A stretch of DNA of 64,000 bases, taken from the NCBI GenBank assembly GCA_965238075.1, contig OZ250173.1:1120001-1184000 (forward strand). Direction: 5' to 3'. Source of the DNA: Candidatus Entotheonellaceae bacterium (GTDB lineage: Bacteria > Tectomicrobia > Entotheonellia > Entotheonellales > Entotheonellaceae). This document shows, one piece after another, positions 1-14,215 of this stretch; position 1 is the stretch's first letter, and every line of letters begins with the position of its first letter. Made by a program: the position numbers and the translations under genes. The notes beneath the pieces are model-generated. The model was not told the origin of the DNA, did not search any database, and saw only the letters and a program-made list of their open reading frames with translations.

Positions 1-1
1 C

Positions 2-376
2 CTGCTCGCCGGCGACCCCCTGAAGGTACGTGCCACGCATTACGACTTGATAATTAACGGCGTCGAAATGGGCTCCGGCAGCCTGCGCAACTACCGCAGC
101 GACGTGCAGCTCAAAATCCTGGAACTGCTGGGTTACGATGAGGCCGAGGCCCGCGGGCGCTTCGGCTTTCTGCTCGATGCCCTCGACGCCGGGGCGCCGC
201 CGCACGGCGGCTTCGCCTTCGGCTTCGACCGCCTCTGCCTGCTGCTCGCCGGCGGCGACAGCCTGCGCGACGTCATTGCCTTCCCCAAGACACAGCGTGC
301 CCAGGACCTGTTCATGCAATCTCCCGCCGGAGTGGACGCCGGGCAATTGCGCGAACTCGGCCTGCGGGTGCAGTGA
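2..376 (+). CDS. aspS: Aspartyl-tRNA synthetase, C-terminal part (5' end outside window)
   Basis: YDLIINGVEMGSGSLR, GAPPHGGFAFGFDRL and RDVIAFPKTQ motifs; frame open from base 2. Confidence 0.95.
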   Translation: MLAGDPLKVRATHYDLIINGVEMGSGSLRNYRSDVQLKILELLGYDEAEARGRFGFLLDALDAGAPPHGGFAFGFDRLCLLLAGGDSLRDVIAFPKTQRAQDLFMQSPAGVDAGQLRELGLRVQ

Positions 377-384
377 GGGCCGCC

Positions 385-1275
385 ATGCGCTGCGGATTCA
401 TCAGCATCATCGGCGAGCCCAACGTCGGCAAATCGACGCTCCTCAACACGGTGATCGGCACCAAGCTCGCCATCGTCACGCCCAAGCCGCAAACCACGCG
501 GCACCGCATCCTGGGGGTGAAGAATCTTCCCGACGCGCAACTGGTGTTCCTCGACACGCCGGGCATCCATCGCGGCAAGACCCGCCTGAGCCGTTTCATG
601 ATGCAGGCCGTCGACGAAGCGTTGATCGACCCGCAGGTCGTCCTGTACATGACCGATGCCAATCGCTCACCGTATCCCGACCTGGCGTTCCTGCGCCGCC
701 ACCTGCGTCAGCCGGACGTGACGGTGTTCTGGCTCCTCAACAAGACCGACCGTATGGCGACGGCGCAGCTCCTGCCGCTGATTGACGACTTTCCCGACAA
801 AGACGCCTTCGCCGAAGTTCTGCCGTTGTCCGCCTTGCGCGGCGACAACGTGGGGGCGCTGATTGACTGCCTGGTGCGCTACCTGCCCGAGGGTCCGGCG
901 CATTTCCCGCCGGACATGCCGACGGACCGCGACGAGCGTTTTCTCATCGCCGAACTGATCCGCGAGCAGGTGATGCTGCGCACCCACGAAGAGGTGCCCT
1001 ATGCCGTCGCCGTCGAGGTCGAGGAATTCCGGGAACGGCGCGACGGCGGTGTCGAAATCGAGGCCAACGTGATGGTGGAAAAGGCATCGCAAAAGGGCAT
1101 CCTGGTGGGTCGCCAGGGGCAGATGATCAAGGCCATCGGCACCCAGGCGCGCCGGGCGATCGGCGGGCTGCTGCACTGCCCGGTGCGGCTGCATCTGGTG
1201 GTGCGCGTACGGCGCAACTGGAAGGAGCACGCAGGAACGCTGCGAACCCTGGGATTCGGCGAGATGCGAGGCTGA
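385..1275 (+). CDS. era: GTPase Era
   Basis: GEPNVGKST, PQTTR, DTPG and NKTD motifs, C-terminal KH domain; ATG 385 preferred over GTG 373. Confidence 0.95.
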   Translation: MRCGFISIIGEPNVGKSTLLNTVIGTKLAIVTPKPQTTRHRILGVKNLPDAQLVFLDTPGIHRGKTRLSRFMMQAVDEALIDPQVVLYMTDANRSPYPDLAFLRRHLRQPDVTVFWLLNKTDRMATAQLLPLIDDFPDKDAFAEVLPLSALRGDNVGALIDCLVRYLPEGPAHFPPDMPTDRDERFLIAELIREQVMLRTHEEVPYAVAVEVEEFRERRDGGVEIEANVMVEKASQKGILVGRQGQMIKAIGTQARRAIGGLLHCPVRLHLVVRVRRNWKEHAGTLRTLGFGEMRG

Positions 1276-1278
1276 AGG

Positions 1279-2076
1279 GTGGCGTTATACCGTAGCGACG
1301 CTTTCGTGTTGCGCACGTACAAGCTCGGGGAATCCGACCAGATTGTAGTGCTGTTTACGCGGGATTTCGGTAAGCTGCGCGTCGTGGCCCACCGGAATCG
1401 CCGCGGCCACAGCCGCACTGCTAGTTATTACCAACCGCTGACGCGGTTGCACGTCATCGCCTACGGGCGCCCGACGCGTTCCCTTTACCATACCCACAGT
1501 GTCGACATCGCGCAGGCGTTTCGCGTTCTGCACGAGGATTTCAACCTGCTGAGCTGCGGCCTCTATATGACCGAGCTCATCGACATCAGCACGCAGGACC
1601 GGCAACCCGCTCCCGAGCTCTTCGCGCTGTTTGACGAGGCTCTGGAGGCATTGGCGGGGGCTGGGCAGGTGCCACAGCGAACGCCAGCGAGCGTATTAAC
1701 AACCAGACGACACGAGCGCCAGCGAGTGACGCCGCCGATGGTCCTGCGTCACTTTGAAATCTCCCTGCTGACGCTCAGCGGCTATGCTCTGCAACTTAGC
1801 GAGTGCGCCCACTGCGGCGGGAAGTTGCCACCCGGCGCCTGCGGCTACAACGCGCGCGCCGGCGGCCTGGTTTGCGGGACTTGCGCCGCCACCCTCCACA
1901 CCCTGAAGGTTGGCCGCGCCGCTTGCGGCTACCTGCGCGGCATGATGGGCCATATTCCCTTGCCGGACACACTACCCGACACCGCCGCCCAACAGGAGAT
2001 GGAACGGCTGTTGCACCTCCACCTGACCACCTGCCTGGGCCGCGAAATCAAGTCGTACCCCTTTCTGTATCTGTAG
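1279..2076 (+). CDS. recO: DNA repair protein RecO, with in-frame ~20-aa insertion
   Basis: N-terminal OB fold (GESDQIVVLFTRDFGKL), CxxC...CxxC zinc finger, downstream of era. Confidence 0.92.
   Translation: MALYRSDAFVLRTYKLGESDQIVVLFTRDFGKLRVVAHRNRRGHSRTASYYQPLTRLHVIAYGRPTRSLYHTHSVDIAQAFRVLHEDFNLLSCGLYMTELIDISTQDRQPAPELFALFDEALEALAGAGQVPQRTPASVLTTRRHERQRVTPPMVLRHFEISLLTLSGYALQLSECAHCGGKLPPGACGYNARAGGLVCGTCAATLHTLKVGRAACGYLRGMMGHIPLPDTLPDTAAQQEMERLLHLHLTTCLGREIKSYPFLYL
1671..1731 (+). repeat. Short GCGAGCG-rich interspersed repeat, copy 1, inside recO
   Basis: gccacagcgaacgccagcgagcgtattaac matches 14148-14177 at 26/30; second half (cgagcgccagcgag) also similar. Confidence 0.7.
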
Positions 2077-2183
2077 GTCTTACCGCCCGCATATCTGGCT
2101 TTTCATCCACACCTTTATATTGTATATTTCGCACCCAGTTTTGATTGGACAGCCACATGCAAGCCGATCTGTGAAGGAGCCCT

Positions 2184-3920
2184 GTGGAGGCTTATAAGGA
2201 AGCCATTGCCGAGTGTCTCACCGAGTCCCTAGGGCAGCCCACCGAGACCATCGTCCCCATGCTGCGCATTCCCCCCGAAGCCGCTTGGGGAGATTTCGCC
2301 TTTCCGTGCTTCACCCTTGCCAAGGCTTGGCGCCAGGCGCCGCAACAAATCGCCGCTCAACTCGCTCAGAAACTCACCCTCGCGGCCCCGGTTGCCGCCG
2401 TAGCCGCCCATGGGCCTTACCTCAATTTCACGCTGGATGACGACATTCTCAGCCGCGAGGTGCTGCAGGCCATTGCCCGCCAAGGGGAACGCTACGGCTG
2501 CGGGGACGAGGGACGCGGCAAGAAGGTAGTGATCGATTACTCCAGCCCGAACATCGCCAAGGAACTGGCCTTTCATCACATCCGCTCGACCATGATCGGA
2601 CACGCCCTGAAACAGATTCTGGCAGCGCGCGGCTACAGGGTCGAGGGCGATAACCACCTGGGCGATTGGGGCACGCCATTTGGGCTGCTCATCGCTGCCT
2701 ACGAGCGCTTTGGCTGGGACGATGCGGCGGATGTCGAGGACATCGTGCAGCTCAACGCCCTGTATGTGCGAGCGCGTAATGAAGCCAAAGCCGATGCCGA
2801 CTTCGCCGCCACAGGCCGTCGCTGGTTCCAACGCCTGGAGGCCGGCGACCCGCAGGCACGCAAGCGTTGGCGCTGGTTCGTCGATGTGTCGCTGACCGAG
2901 TTTGACAAAGTTTACGACCTGCTCGGCGTGTCGTTTGAGCACACCCTGGGCGAGTCGTTTTTCGAACCGTACATGGACGACGCCATTGCCGAATTGCAGG
3001 CGCGCGGCTTGGTGACCAAAAGCCAGGGCGCCCTGGTGGTTGATCTGTCGGCCTACGACATGCCGCCGTGTTTGCTCAAAAAACAGGATGGCGCTACCCT
3101 TTACAGCACTCGCGACTTGGCGACGGTGCTCTACCGCAGGCGCGAGTGGCGCTTTGATACCTGCCTGTACGTCGTGGACATGGGGCAGAGCCTGCACTTT
3201 ACACAGTTGTTCAAGGTGCTGGATCTCGCCGGTTTCGAATGGGCGGCGAATTGCCATCACATTCCCTTCGGCCTTGTTCTGCAACGCAACCCGGAGAGCG
3301 GCAAGTGGGAAAAGGGTTCCACCCGACAAGGCAACGCCTCCCTGCTCAAGACCGTCCTGGAAGCGGCCATCCGCATGGCGCGCGACAAGATGGCGGTGAG
3401 CAATCCGGATCTGCCTGATGCCGAGTTGGTGGCGCGGCAGGTCGGCGTTGGGGCAGTGATCTTCAACGACCTCAAGAACCGCCGGACACGCGACGTGAAG
3501 TTCGATCAGGAAGCCATTCTCAACCCGCAGGGAGAAACCGGACCGTACATGCAGTACACGCAAGCGCGCTGTGCCAGCGTGCTGGCGACAGCGCCGGAAA
3601 CCGCCGGCGTCGAGCCGTTGTACGAGTTGTTGCAACAGCCGGAAGAACGTGCCTTGGTACGCAAACTCGCCGCCTATCCCGACGCCGTGGCGGAAGCGGC
3701 GCGAACGTGGGAGCCCTCGGTAGTGGCGCAGCACCTGCTCGCTATTGCCGCTGATTTCAACAGCTATTGGACGCGTGGCAACAAGGACCCCGGTCTGCGT
3801 ATTCTGCGGCCGGACGCCGCGGACCTGACGGCGGCTCGGGCAGCTCTGACCGCCGCGGTGCAAGCGGTCCTTTGTAACGGCTTGAAGCTTCTGGGTGTTC
3901 CTACGCCTGACGCGATGTAA
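2184..3920 (+). CDS. argS: Arginyl-tRNA synthetase
   Basis: IDYSSPNIAK, NHLGDWGT, DGATLYSTRDLA and GETGPYMQYT motifs, DALR-type C-terminus. Confidence 0.95.
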   Translation: MEAYKEAIAECLTESLGQPTETIVPMLRIPPEAAWGDFAFPCFTLAKAWRQAPQQIAAQLAQKLTLAAPVAAVAAHGPYLNFTLDDDILSREVLQAIARQGERYGCGDEGRGKKVVIDYSSPNIAKELAFHHIRSTMIGHALKQILAARGYRVEGDNHLGDWGTPFGLLIAAYERFGWDDAADVEDIVQLNALYVRARNEAKADADFAATGRRWFQRLEAGDPQARKRWRWFVDVSLTEFDKVYDLLGVSFEHTLGESFFEPYMDDAIAELQARGLVTKSQGALVVDLSAYDMPPCLLKKQDGATLYSTRDLATVLYRRREWRFDTCLYVVDMGQSLHFTQLFKVLDLAGFEWAANCHHIPFGLVLQRNPESGKWEKGSTRQGNASLLKTVLEAAIRMARDKMAVSNPDLPDAELVARQVGVGAVIFNDLKNRRTRDVKFDQEAILNPQGETGPYMQYTQARCASVLATAPETAGVEPLYELLQQPEERALVRKLAAYPDAVAEAARTWEPSVVAQHLLAIAADFNSYWTRGNKDPGLRILRPDAADLTAARAALTAAVQAVLCNGLKLLGVPTPDAM

Positions 3921-3946
3921 CCCTCTCACTCTAACTGGAGACTGGC

Positions 3947-4600
3947 ATGGGAGAACGTACGACCGAGCAGGTGCCCCGAAGCGGGTGGCGTCCCGGGTTC
4001 TATATGAAGCCAAAGCACGTCGGGCTGGTGTTTTGCGTGTCGCTGCTCGGGTGTATGGTGGCATTCGGCGCCGGATTTATTGCCGGCATGGGATACAAGG
4101 CCAACGAGCAGATCAGCCCCTACGTTGTCAAAAGGCAGCAGGCCGTCAAGTCTCCAGGGCAAGAGAAGGTTTCGAGCGCTGCATGGGAAGAAGGATCGCT
4201 GACGTTTTACGATACGTTGATAAAAAACGAGCCGGCCGAAATGATCACAGCGCCAGAACCGACCCCAGCTTCAGTTCCGCCGGCTCTGCGTCTTGTGGCG
4301 GAAAGAACGGACCTGGACCCGCGGGCAGCGGACTCAGCAAACACGTCCTCTCTGGGTACCAATGAGTCAGTGGTGGAAACTTATAGCGTCCAAGTCGCAA
4401 GCTTTCTCAAGCCGGAGCGAGCCGAGCGCCTTATCAAGGAATTAACCAAACAAGGCTACCACGCCTACCTCCACCCATTTGAGGCCCCGGGTAAACCGTT
4501 GTGGTATCGGGTCAAAGTGGGCAAATTCGCCGACCGTGACACGGCGAACCTGGCGCTGCAGAAACTTGGGACGCCGGACGCAATGATCACGAGGAACTGA
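3947..4600 (+). CDS. SPOR-domain membrane protein (FtsN/DedD-like)
   Basis: N-terminal TM helix, LTFYDTL motif, C-terminal SPOR (YSVQVASF...WYRVKVGKF); follows argS. Confidence 0.85.
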   Translation: MGERTTEQVPRSGWRPGFYMKPKHVGLVFCVSLLGCMVAFGAGFIAGMGYKANEQISPYVVKRQQAVKSPGQEKVSSAAWEEGSLTFYDTLIKNEPAEMITAPEPTPASVPPALRLVAERTDLDPRAADSANTSSLGTNESVVETYSVQVASFLKPERAERLIKELTKQGYHAYLHPFEAPGKPLWYRVKVGKFADRDTANLALQKLGTPDAMITRN

Positions 4601-4620
4601 GGCCGCCAGGAGTTGAGTTT

Positions 4621-5802
4621 TTGAGAACGCAGGACACCCCGCACTTCGCACGCATTGACTGCCTTCCTCCATACGTTTTTGCCATCGTGGACGAACTCAA
4701 GCTCGCCGCCCGCCGTGACGGTGAGGACATCATCGACTTTGGCATGGGCAACCCCAGCGATCCGCCGCCGCAACCCGTCATCGACAAGTTGTGCGAGGCG
4801 GTCCGCAGGCCCCACAACCACCGCTATTCGGCCTCCCGCGGTATCGGCAAACTCCGCCTAGCCATCGCGGATTACTACCGCCGCCGGTTCGAGGTCGACG
4901 TCGATAGCGACGACAACGTGGTGGCGACCATCGGCGTCAAGGAGGGCTTTGCGCACCTCATGTGGGCCATCGTCAATCCCGGCGACGTGGTGCTGGTGCC
5001 GACCCCGGCCTACCCGATCCACATGTACGGCCCCGTGTTTGCCAACGGCGACATCCTGCCCGTGCCGTTTACTTCCCCGGCGCATCTGCTTGAAAGCCTC
5101 AAAGCAGTCTGCGAACGGCACCAACCACGCCCAAAAATTTTAGTCCTCAACTTCCCGCACAACCCGACGACGACGTGCGTCGATCTCGATTTTTTCACTC
5201 AGGTGGTGGATTTCGCCCGCCACATGGGGCTGATCGTGGTGCACGATTTCGCCTACGCCGATCTCGTCTTTGACGGCTACCAGGCACCCAGCCTGCTGCA
5301 GGCGCCAGGGGCCATGGAAGTCGGCATCGAATTTTTCTCGCTGTCGAAGAGCTTCAACATGCCCGGCTGGCGCGTCGGGTTTGCCCTGGGCAACCCGGAA
5401 CTGGTGGGGGCGCTGCGCAAGATCAAGAGCTATCTGGACTACGGAATTTTTCAGCCGATACAGATCGCCAGCACGGTGGCGTTGAATGAATTGGCGGAAG
5501 AGGCCAAAACCATCTGCGAGACATATTGCCAGCGGCGCAACACGCTCGTCGACGGGCTGCAGCGCATCGGCTGGCCGGTGGAGAACCCCGAGGGCACGAT
5601 GTTCGTGTGGGCCAGAATACCCGAAGCTTATCAAGCCATGGGCTCGCTGGAGTTCGCCAAACACGTGCTACGCCAGGCCAAAGTGGCGGTGGCCCCCGGC
5701 ATCGGGTTCGGCGAAGGCGGCGACGGTCACGTGCGCTTTGCGCTGGTGGAGAACGCCCACCGCACCCGCCAGGCCCTGCGCGGCCTGCGCACGCTGCTGT
5801 GA
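4621..5802 (+). CDS. alaC: PLP class I/II aminotransferase (AlaC-like)
   Basis: DFGMGNP, NFPHNPT, DFAYAD and SLSKSFNMPGWRVG motifs; precedes hom. Confidence 0.85.
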   Translation: MRTQDTPHFARIDCLPPYVFAIVDELKLAARRDGEDIIDFGMGNPSDPPPQPVIDKLCEAVRRPHNHRYSASRGIGKLRLAIADYYRRRFEVDVDSDDNVVATIGVKEGFAHLMWAIVNPGDVVLVPTPAYPIHMYGPVFANGDILPVPFTSPAHLLESLKAVCERHQPRPKILVLNFPHNPTTTCVDLDFFTQVVDFARHMGLIVVHDFAYADLVFDGYQAPSLLQAPGAMEVGIEFFSLSKSFNMPGWRVGFALGNPELVGALRKIKSYLDYGIFQPIQIASTVALNELAEEAKTICETYCQRRNTLVDGLQRIGWPVENPEGTMFVWARIPEAYQAMGSLEFAKHVLRQAKVAVAPGIGFGEGGDGHVRFALVENAHRTRQALRGLRTLL

Positions 5803-5825
5803 ACGGTACGGGAGACGGGAAACCC

Positions 5826-7145
5826 ATGCAAACCATTCAGGTAGGACTCATCGGCCTGGGCAACGTCGGGGGCGGCGTGGCCACCATCCTGGCGCAGCAG
5901 GCCGAGTTGATCACGCAGCGGCTGGGCGCGCGCCTGATGCTAAAACGCGTCGCGCGGCGGCACCCCGAACACCCAATCGATGTGCCCTTATCGGCGAATC
6001 AGGTGACCGGCGACGCGCTGGCCGTCATCCACGATCCGGAAATCGACATTGTGGTCGAGTTGATGGGCGGCTACGAACCGGCACGCACGTACCTGCTGGA
6101 AGCCCTGCGAGCCGGCAAGCACGTGGTGACGGCCAACAAGGCGCTCCTGGCCGAACACGGACAGGAACTCTTCGAGGCGGCAGCCGCGGCGGGACGCGAC
6201 ATCGGCTTCGAGGCCAGCGTCGGCGGCGGCATTCCGGTAATCCGCACCATCAAGGAAGGCTTCGTCGCCAACCGCTTTGACGCCATCGCCAGCATCATCA
6301 ACGGCACCTGCAATTACATCCTGAGCCAGATGAGCGACGAAGACCTCGATTTTGCCGAGGCCCTGAAGGAGGCGCAAGCCTTGGGGTACGCCGAGGCCGA
6401 CCCGCATTTCGACATCGCGGGGATCGACGCCGCGCAGAAGATCGCTCTGCTCGCTTCGCTGGCCTTCGGTTCGTGGGTGCCGCACCAACAGGTCTACACC
6501 GAAGGCATCGACGGCCTCAGCCGGCAGGACATCGCCTATGCCCGCGAGTTGGGCTACCGCATCAAGCTATTGGCGCTCGCCAAAACGGCCGGCGGGCACC
6601 TTGACGTGCGCGTTCATCCGGCCTTCGTGGCTCTTGATAGTTGGTTGGCGCACGTCAACGGCGTCCACAACGCGGTGTCCATCCAGGGCAATGCCGTGGG
6701 CCGCAGCATGCTGATCGGGCGCGGCGCCGGGGCCATGCCGACGGGCAGCGCAGTGGTCGGTGACGTGGTGGACGTGGCGCGCAACATTCTGCAGGGCAGC
6801 AGTGGCCGGGTGCCGCCGCGTGCCTATCAGGAAAACAGCCTGCAGCAACTCCCGCTGCAAAAAATCGACGACGTCGTGTGCCGATACTACCTGCGGTTTC
6901 AGGTGCTCGATCAGCCCGGCACCCTGGCCGCCATCGCCGGCATCCTCGGCCAGCACGACATCAGCATCGAGTCGGTGCTGCAGAAGGGCCGGGCACACGC
7001 GCAGGGTACGCCGGTTTCCGTCGTCATGATGACGCACGAGGCGCGCGAGCAGAGCGTGCAACGGGCGCTTCAGGCGATTGCCAGCCTGCCGGCGGTGCAG
7101 GGCGAGACCATTCGTATCCGCGTCGAAGATGCCATGGAAACGTGA
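5826..7145 (+). CDS. hom: Homoserine dehydrogenase with ACT domain
   Basis: [33 protein letters not shown] and GYAEADP motifs; ATG at 5826. Confidence 0.95.
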   Translation: MQTIQVGLIGLGNVGGGVATILAQQAELITQRLGARLMLKRVARRHPEHPIDVPLSANQVTGDALAVIHDPEIDIVVELMGGYEPARTYLLEALRAGKHVVTANKALLAEHGQELFEAAAAAGRDIGFEASVGGGIPVIRTIKEGFVANRFDAIASIINGTCNYILSQMSDEDLDFAEALKEAQALGYAEADPHFDIAGIDAAQKIALLASLAFGSWVPHQQVYTEGIDGLSRQDIAYARELGYRIKLLALAKTAGGHLDVRVHPAFVALDSWLAHVNGVHNAVSIQGNAVGRSMLIGRGAGAMPTGSAVVGDVVDVARNILQGSSGRVPPRAYQENSLQQLPLQKIDDVVCRYYLRFQVLDQPGTLAAIAGILGQHDISIESVLQKGRAHAQGTPVSVVMMTHEAREQSVQRALQAIASLPAVQGETIRIRVEDAMET

Positions 7146-7149
7146 CGGC

Positions 7150-8392
7150 ATGGCGGCGGCGGAACTTGTCGTACAGAAATACGGCGGTACCTCGGTAGGG
7201 AACGTGGACCGCATCCGGGCGCTTGCTGAGCGCGTGCGGCGCGTGCGGCAAGCCGGGAGCCGCGTCGTGGTGGTGGTATCGGCCATGGCCGGCGAGACCG
7301 ACCGCCTGCTCGGCCTGGCGCAGGAAGTCACCGCGATGCCGGCGGCACGCGAAGTCGATATGCTCCTCGCCACCGGCGAAATGGTGTCCATTGCCCTGGT
7401 CGCCATGGCCCTGCAAGAGGCCGGCTGCGTAGCCCGATCCTTCACCGGCATGCAGGGTGGCATCATCACTGATGGCGCCCACACGCACGCACGCATCCGC
7501 AGCATCACCACCACACGCCTGCAGCGGGTTCTGTCTGCGGGTGTCATCCCGGTAGTCGCCGGTTTTCAGGGCATCAGCGAAAGTGAGGAACTCACCACCC
7601 TGGGGCGCGGCGGCTCCGACCTCACTGCGGTGGCCTTGGCCGCGGCCCTCAAGGCTGACAGTTGCGAAATTTATACCGACGTGGACGGGGTTTACACCGC
7701 CGACCCGAATCTGGTGCCGCAGGCCCGCCGCCTGGACCGCGTTTCCTACGACGAAATGCTCGAAATGGCGCGCCTGGGCGCCAAAGTGCTGCAGGCCCGT
7801 GCCGTCGAGTTCGCCAAGGCGCACAACGTGCCTCTGCGAGTCAAATCCTCATTTGCCGAAGGAAGCGGGACATTGGTCACCAAACCCGACCAGGATATGG
7901 AACGCGTCGTCGTTACCGGCGTGACGGCGGACAGCAACCAGGCCAAGATCACCCTGACCCGCCTGCCGGACCGGCCCGGCATCGCCGGCAGCCTGTTCGG
8001 GCGCATCGCCGAGGCCGGTATCGTGGTGGACATGATCATTCAAAACGCCAGCGAGGGTGGCCTGACGGATATTTCGTTCACGGTGGCGCGCGCCGACGCT
8101 CAGCAAACCCTGGCCATCGCCCGCCAGAGCCTGGCGGAAATCGGCGCCGACAGCGTTACCCTGGAAAGCGGCATCGCCAAGGTGTCGATCGTCGGCGTCG
8201 GCATGCAGAGCCATGCCGGCGTGGCGGCGCGCATGTTCCGCGCCTTGGCGGCGGAGAACATCAACATCGTGATGATCAGCACCTCCGAAATCAAAATTTC
8301 GTGTGTCATCGACGACAAATACGCCGAGTTGGCGGTGCGAGTTCTGCACGCGGCATTCCAACTCGACAACCCCGATGCACTTGGGAGTCGTA

Positions 8393-8400
<8 letters not shown>
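7150..8400 (+). CDS. lysC: Aspartate kinase
   Basis: [17 protein letters not shown] and [12 protein letters not shown] motifs, two ACT domains. Confidence 0.95.
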
Positions 8401-11044
<2,644 letters not shown>

Positions 11045-11088
11045 GGGATGCGAACAGGTTCCATGGGAATCGCCGATGCTTCCATATT

Positions 11089-11190
11089 GTCATGTCGGCG
11101 CAAGCCGGAATCCAGCGACCTTGGATGCAGGCCGGGGCGAGCTCTTGGTTACCAGAAAACCTCGTGGACTCCGGCTTTCGCCGGGGTGAC
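11089..11190. repeat. Inverted-repeat element of the GTCATTCCGGCGAAAGCCGGAATCCA type between ppdK and ribD
   Basis: Left arm gtcatgtcggcgcaagccggaatcca (11089-11114) matches the reverse complement of right arm tggactccggctttcgccggggtgac (11165-11190) at 21/26; each arm is itself a hairpin. Confidence 0.75.
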
Positions 11191-11217
11191 GTCGGAAATC
11201 CACAGGGCCCGTCCGGC

Positions 11218-12371
11218 ATGACGATTGATGCGGACGCCGGCAGGCGTCATATGCAGAGCGCCCTGGAATTGGCCGCGGGCGGCACGGGTTGGGTCAGCCC
11301 CAACCCGCTGGTGGGGTGCGTCATTGTCAATGACGATGAGGTCGTCGGACGGGGATACCACCAGCGTTTTGGCGGCCCGCACGCCGAGGTGTATGCCCTG
11401 CGCGAGGCCGGCAGCCGAGCCCGGGGGGCGGTGCTCTACGTCACGCTGGAACCGTGTTGCCACACGGGCAAGACACCGCCGTGTGTCGATGCCGTTCTGC
11501 AGGCACAGGTCGGGCGGGTGGTGGTGGCCATGCGGGACCCGAATCCACGAGTTGACGGTGGTGGCCTTTCCCGGCTTGAAAGCGCCGGTATTGATGTTAC
11601 CGTTGGCGTCTGCGAAGCCGAGGCCCGACGGCTCAACGAAGCCTTCATCAAGCATATCACCACACGGCGGCCTTTTGTCACCAGCAAGAGCGCCATCACC
11701 CTGGACGGCAAAATCGCCACACGTAGCGGCGCCTCGCGCTGGATTACCGGCGAGGCGGCGCGCGCCGCCGGACACCAATTGCGGCACGCCAACGATGCGA
11801 TTCTGGTGGGCATCGGCACCGTCTTGCAGGACGATCCGCAGCTCACCACGCGCCTGCCGGAACAGCGCGGCGCCAACCCGCTGCGCATCGTCGTTGACAG
11901 CACCCTGCGGCTTCCCCCGCGGGCGCAGGTGACGGCCGTAGCGGAGGACCGGCGCACCCTGATTGTTACTACCGATCAGGCTGCTGATGCCAAGGTACAG
12001 GCTATGCGGCAACGCGGCGTGGAGGTGATTTGCCTGCCGGATTGCGGCGATGGCCGGGTGAATTTGGATGCTCTGTGCACGGTTCTCGGCAAGCGCGGTG
12101 TCAACAGCGTGCTTGTGGAGGGCGGCGCGCTACTGACAGCGGCCTTGCTAGAGCGGCGTCTGGTTGACAAAATGGTGTTTTTCGTGGCGCCAAAGATCAT
12201 CGGCGGCGACGGCGTCAGTGTTTTCGGACCGTGCGGGGTCGATACCATGGAACAGGTCTTGTCATTGCGGGACCTTACGAGCCGGCAGATCGGCGACGAT
12301 GTCATGCTGGAAGCCTATCCGGCGTGGGCCACGTGTTCGCTCGAGTCTGACAGGATGAAGGAGAGCACGCG

Positions 12372-12375
<4 letters not shown>
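11218..12375 (+). CDS. ribD: Riboflavin biosynthesis deaminase/reductase RibD
   Basis: [33 protein letters not shown] and VEGG motifs; real start within the 1014-aa ORF. Confidence 0.95.
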
Positions 12376-13625
<1,250 letters not shown>

Positions 13626-13679
13626 CCGCCAGCGCCGCGCGTGCCGGTGCGTGTGACAGCCAAGGAGAAGGAAATCGCC

Positions 13680-14180
13680 ATGCCCCGTTTTGTCGAAGGC
13701 CACCTGTCCGCCGCCGGCCTGGAGTTCGCCATTATCGTCAGCCGGTTTAACGAGTTCATTACCGAGCGCCTGCTCGACGGCGCCATGGATGCCCTGGCTC
13801 GGCACGGCGCCAGCGACGAGGCGATCACGGTGTACCGGGTGCCGGGCTCGTTCGAGGTGCCCCTGATGGCGCGCAAACTGGTCGATAGCGGGCGCGCCGG
13901 TGACGCCGTCATTTGCCTCGGCACGCTGATTCGGGGAGCCACGCCGCATTTTGACTACATCGCTGCCGCGGCGGCCAACGGTATCGCCAATACGGCCCTG
14001 AACAGTGGCGTGCCGGTAAGTTTCGGAGTGCTGACCACCGATACGCTGGAGCAGGCAATCGAGCGCGCCGGCAGCAAGGCCGGGAATAAAGGCTGGGAGG
14101 CAGCCGTTTCGGCCATGGAAATGGCGAACCTGTATCGCCAGCTGCACGCCACAGCGAGCGGTAGCGAGCGTATTAGCTGA
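13680..14180 (+). CDS. ribH: 6,7-dimethyl-8-ribityllumazine synthase
   Basis: [29 protein letters not shown] and GNKGWEAA motifs. Confidence 0.96.
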   Translation: MPRFVEGHLSAAGLEFAIIVSRFNEFITERLLDGAMDALARHGASDEAITVYRVPGSFEVPLMARKLVDSGRAGDAVICLGTLIRGATPHFDYIAAAAANGIANTALNSGVPVSFGVLTTDTLEQAIERAGSKAGNKGWEAAVSAMEMANLYRQLHATASGSERIS

Positions 14181-14205
14181 TCCGCTGCGAGCGCAGCGAG
14201 CAACG
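14148..14205 (+). repeat. Short GCGAGCG-rich interspersed repeat, copy 2, spanning ribH 3' end and ribH-nusB spacer
   Basis: gccacagcgagcggtagcgagcgtattagc...tgcgagcgcagcgagcaacg, similar to 1671-1731. Confidence 0.7.
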
Positions 14206-14215
14206 GAGTCTCGAA

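Noticed and set aside
2229-4064. Long antisense or alternative-frame ORFs (also 8873-10558, 22019-23422, 51786-53717)
   Set aside because: Shadow ORFs of well-supported genes caused by high GC3; no motifs
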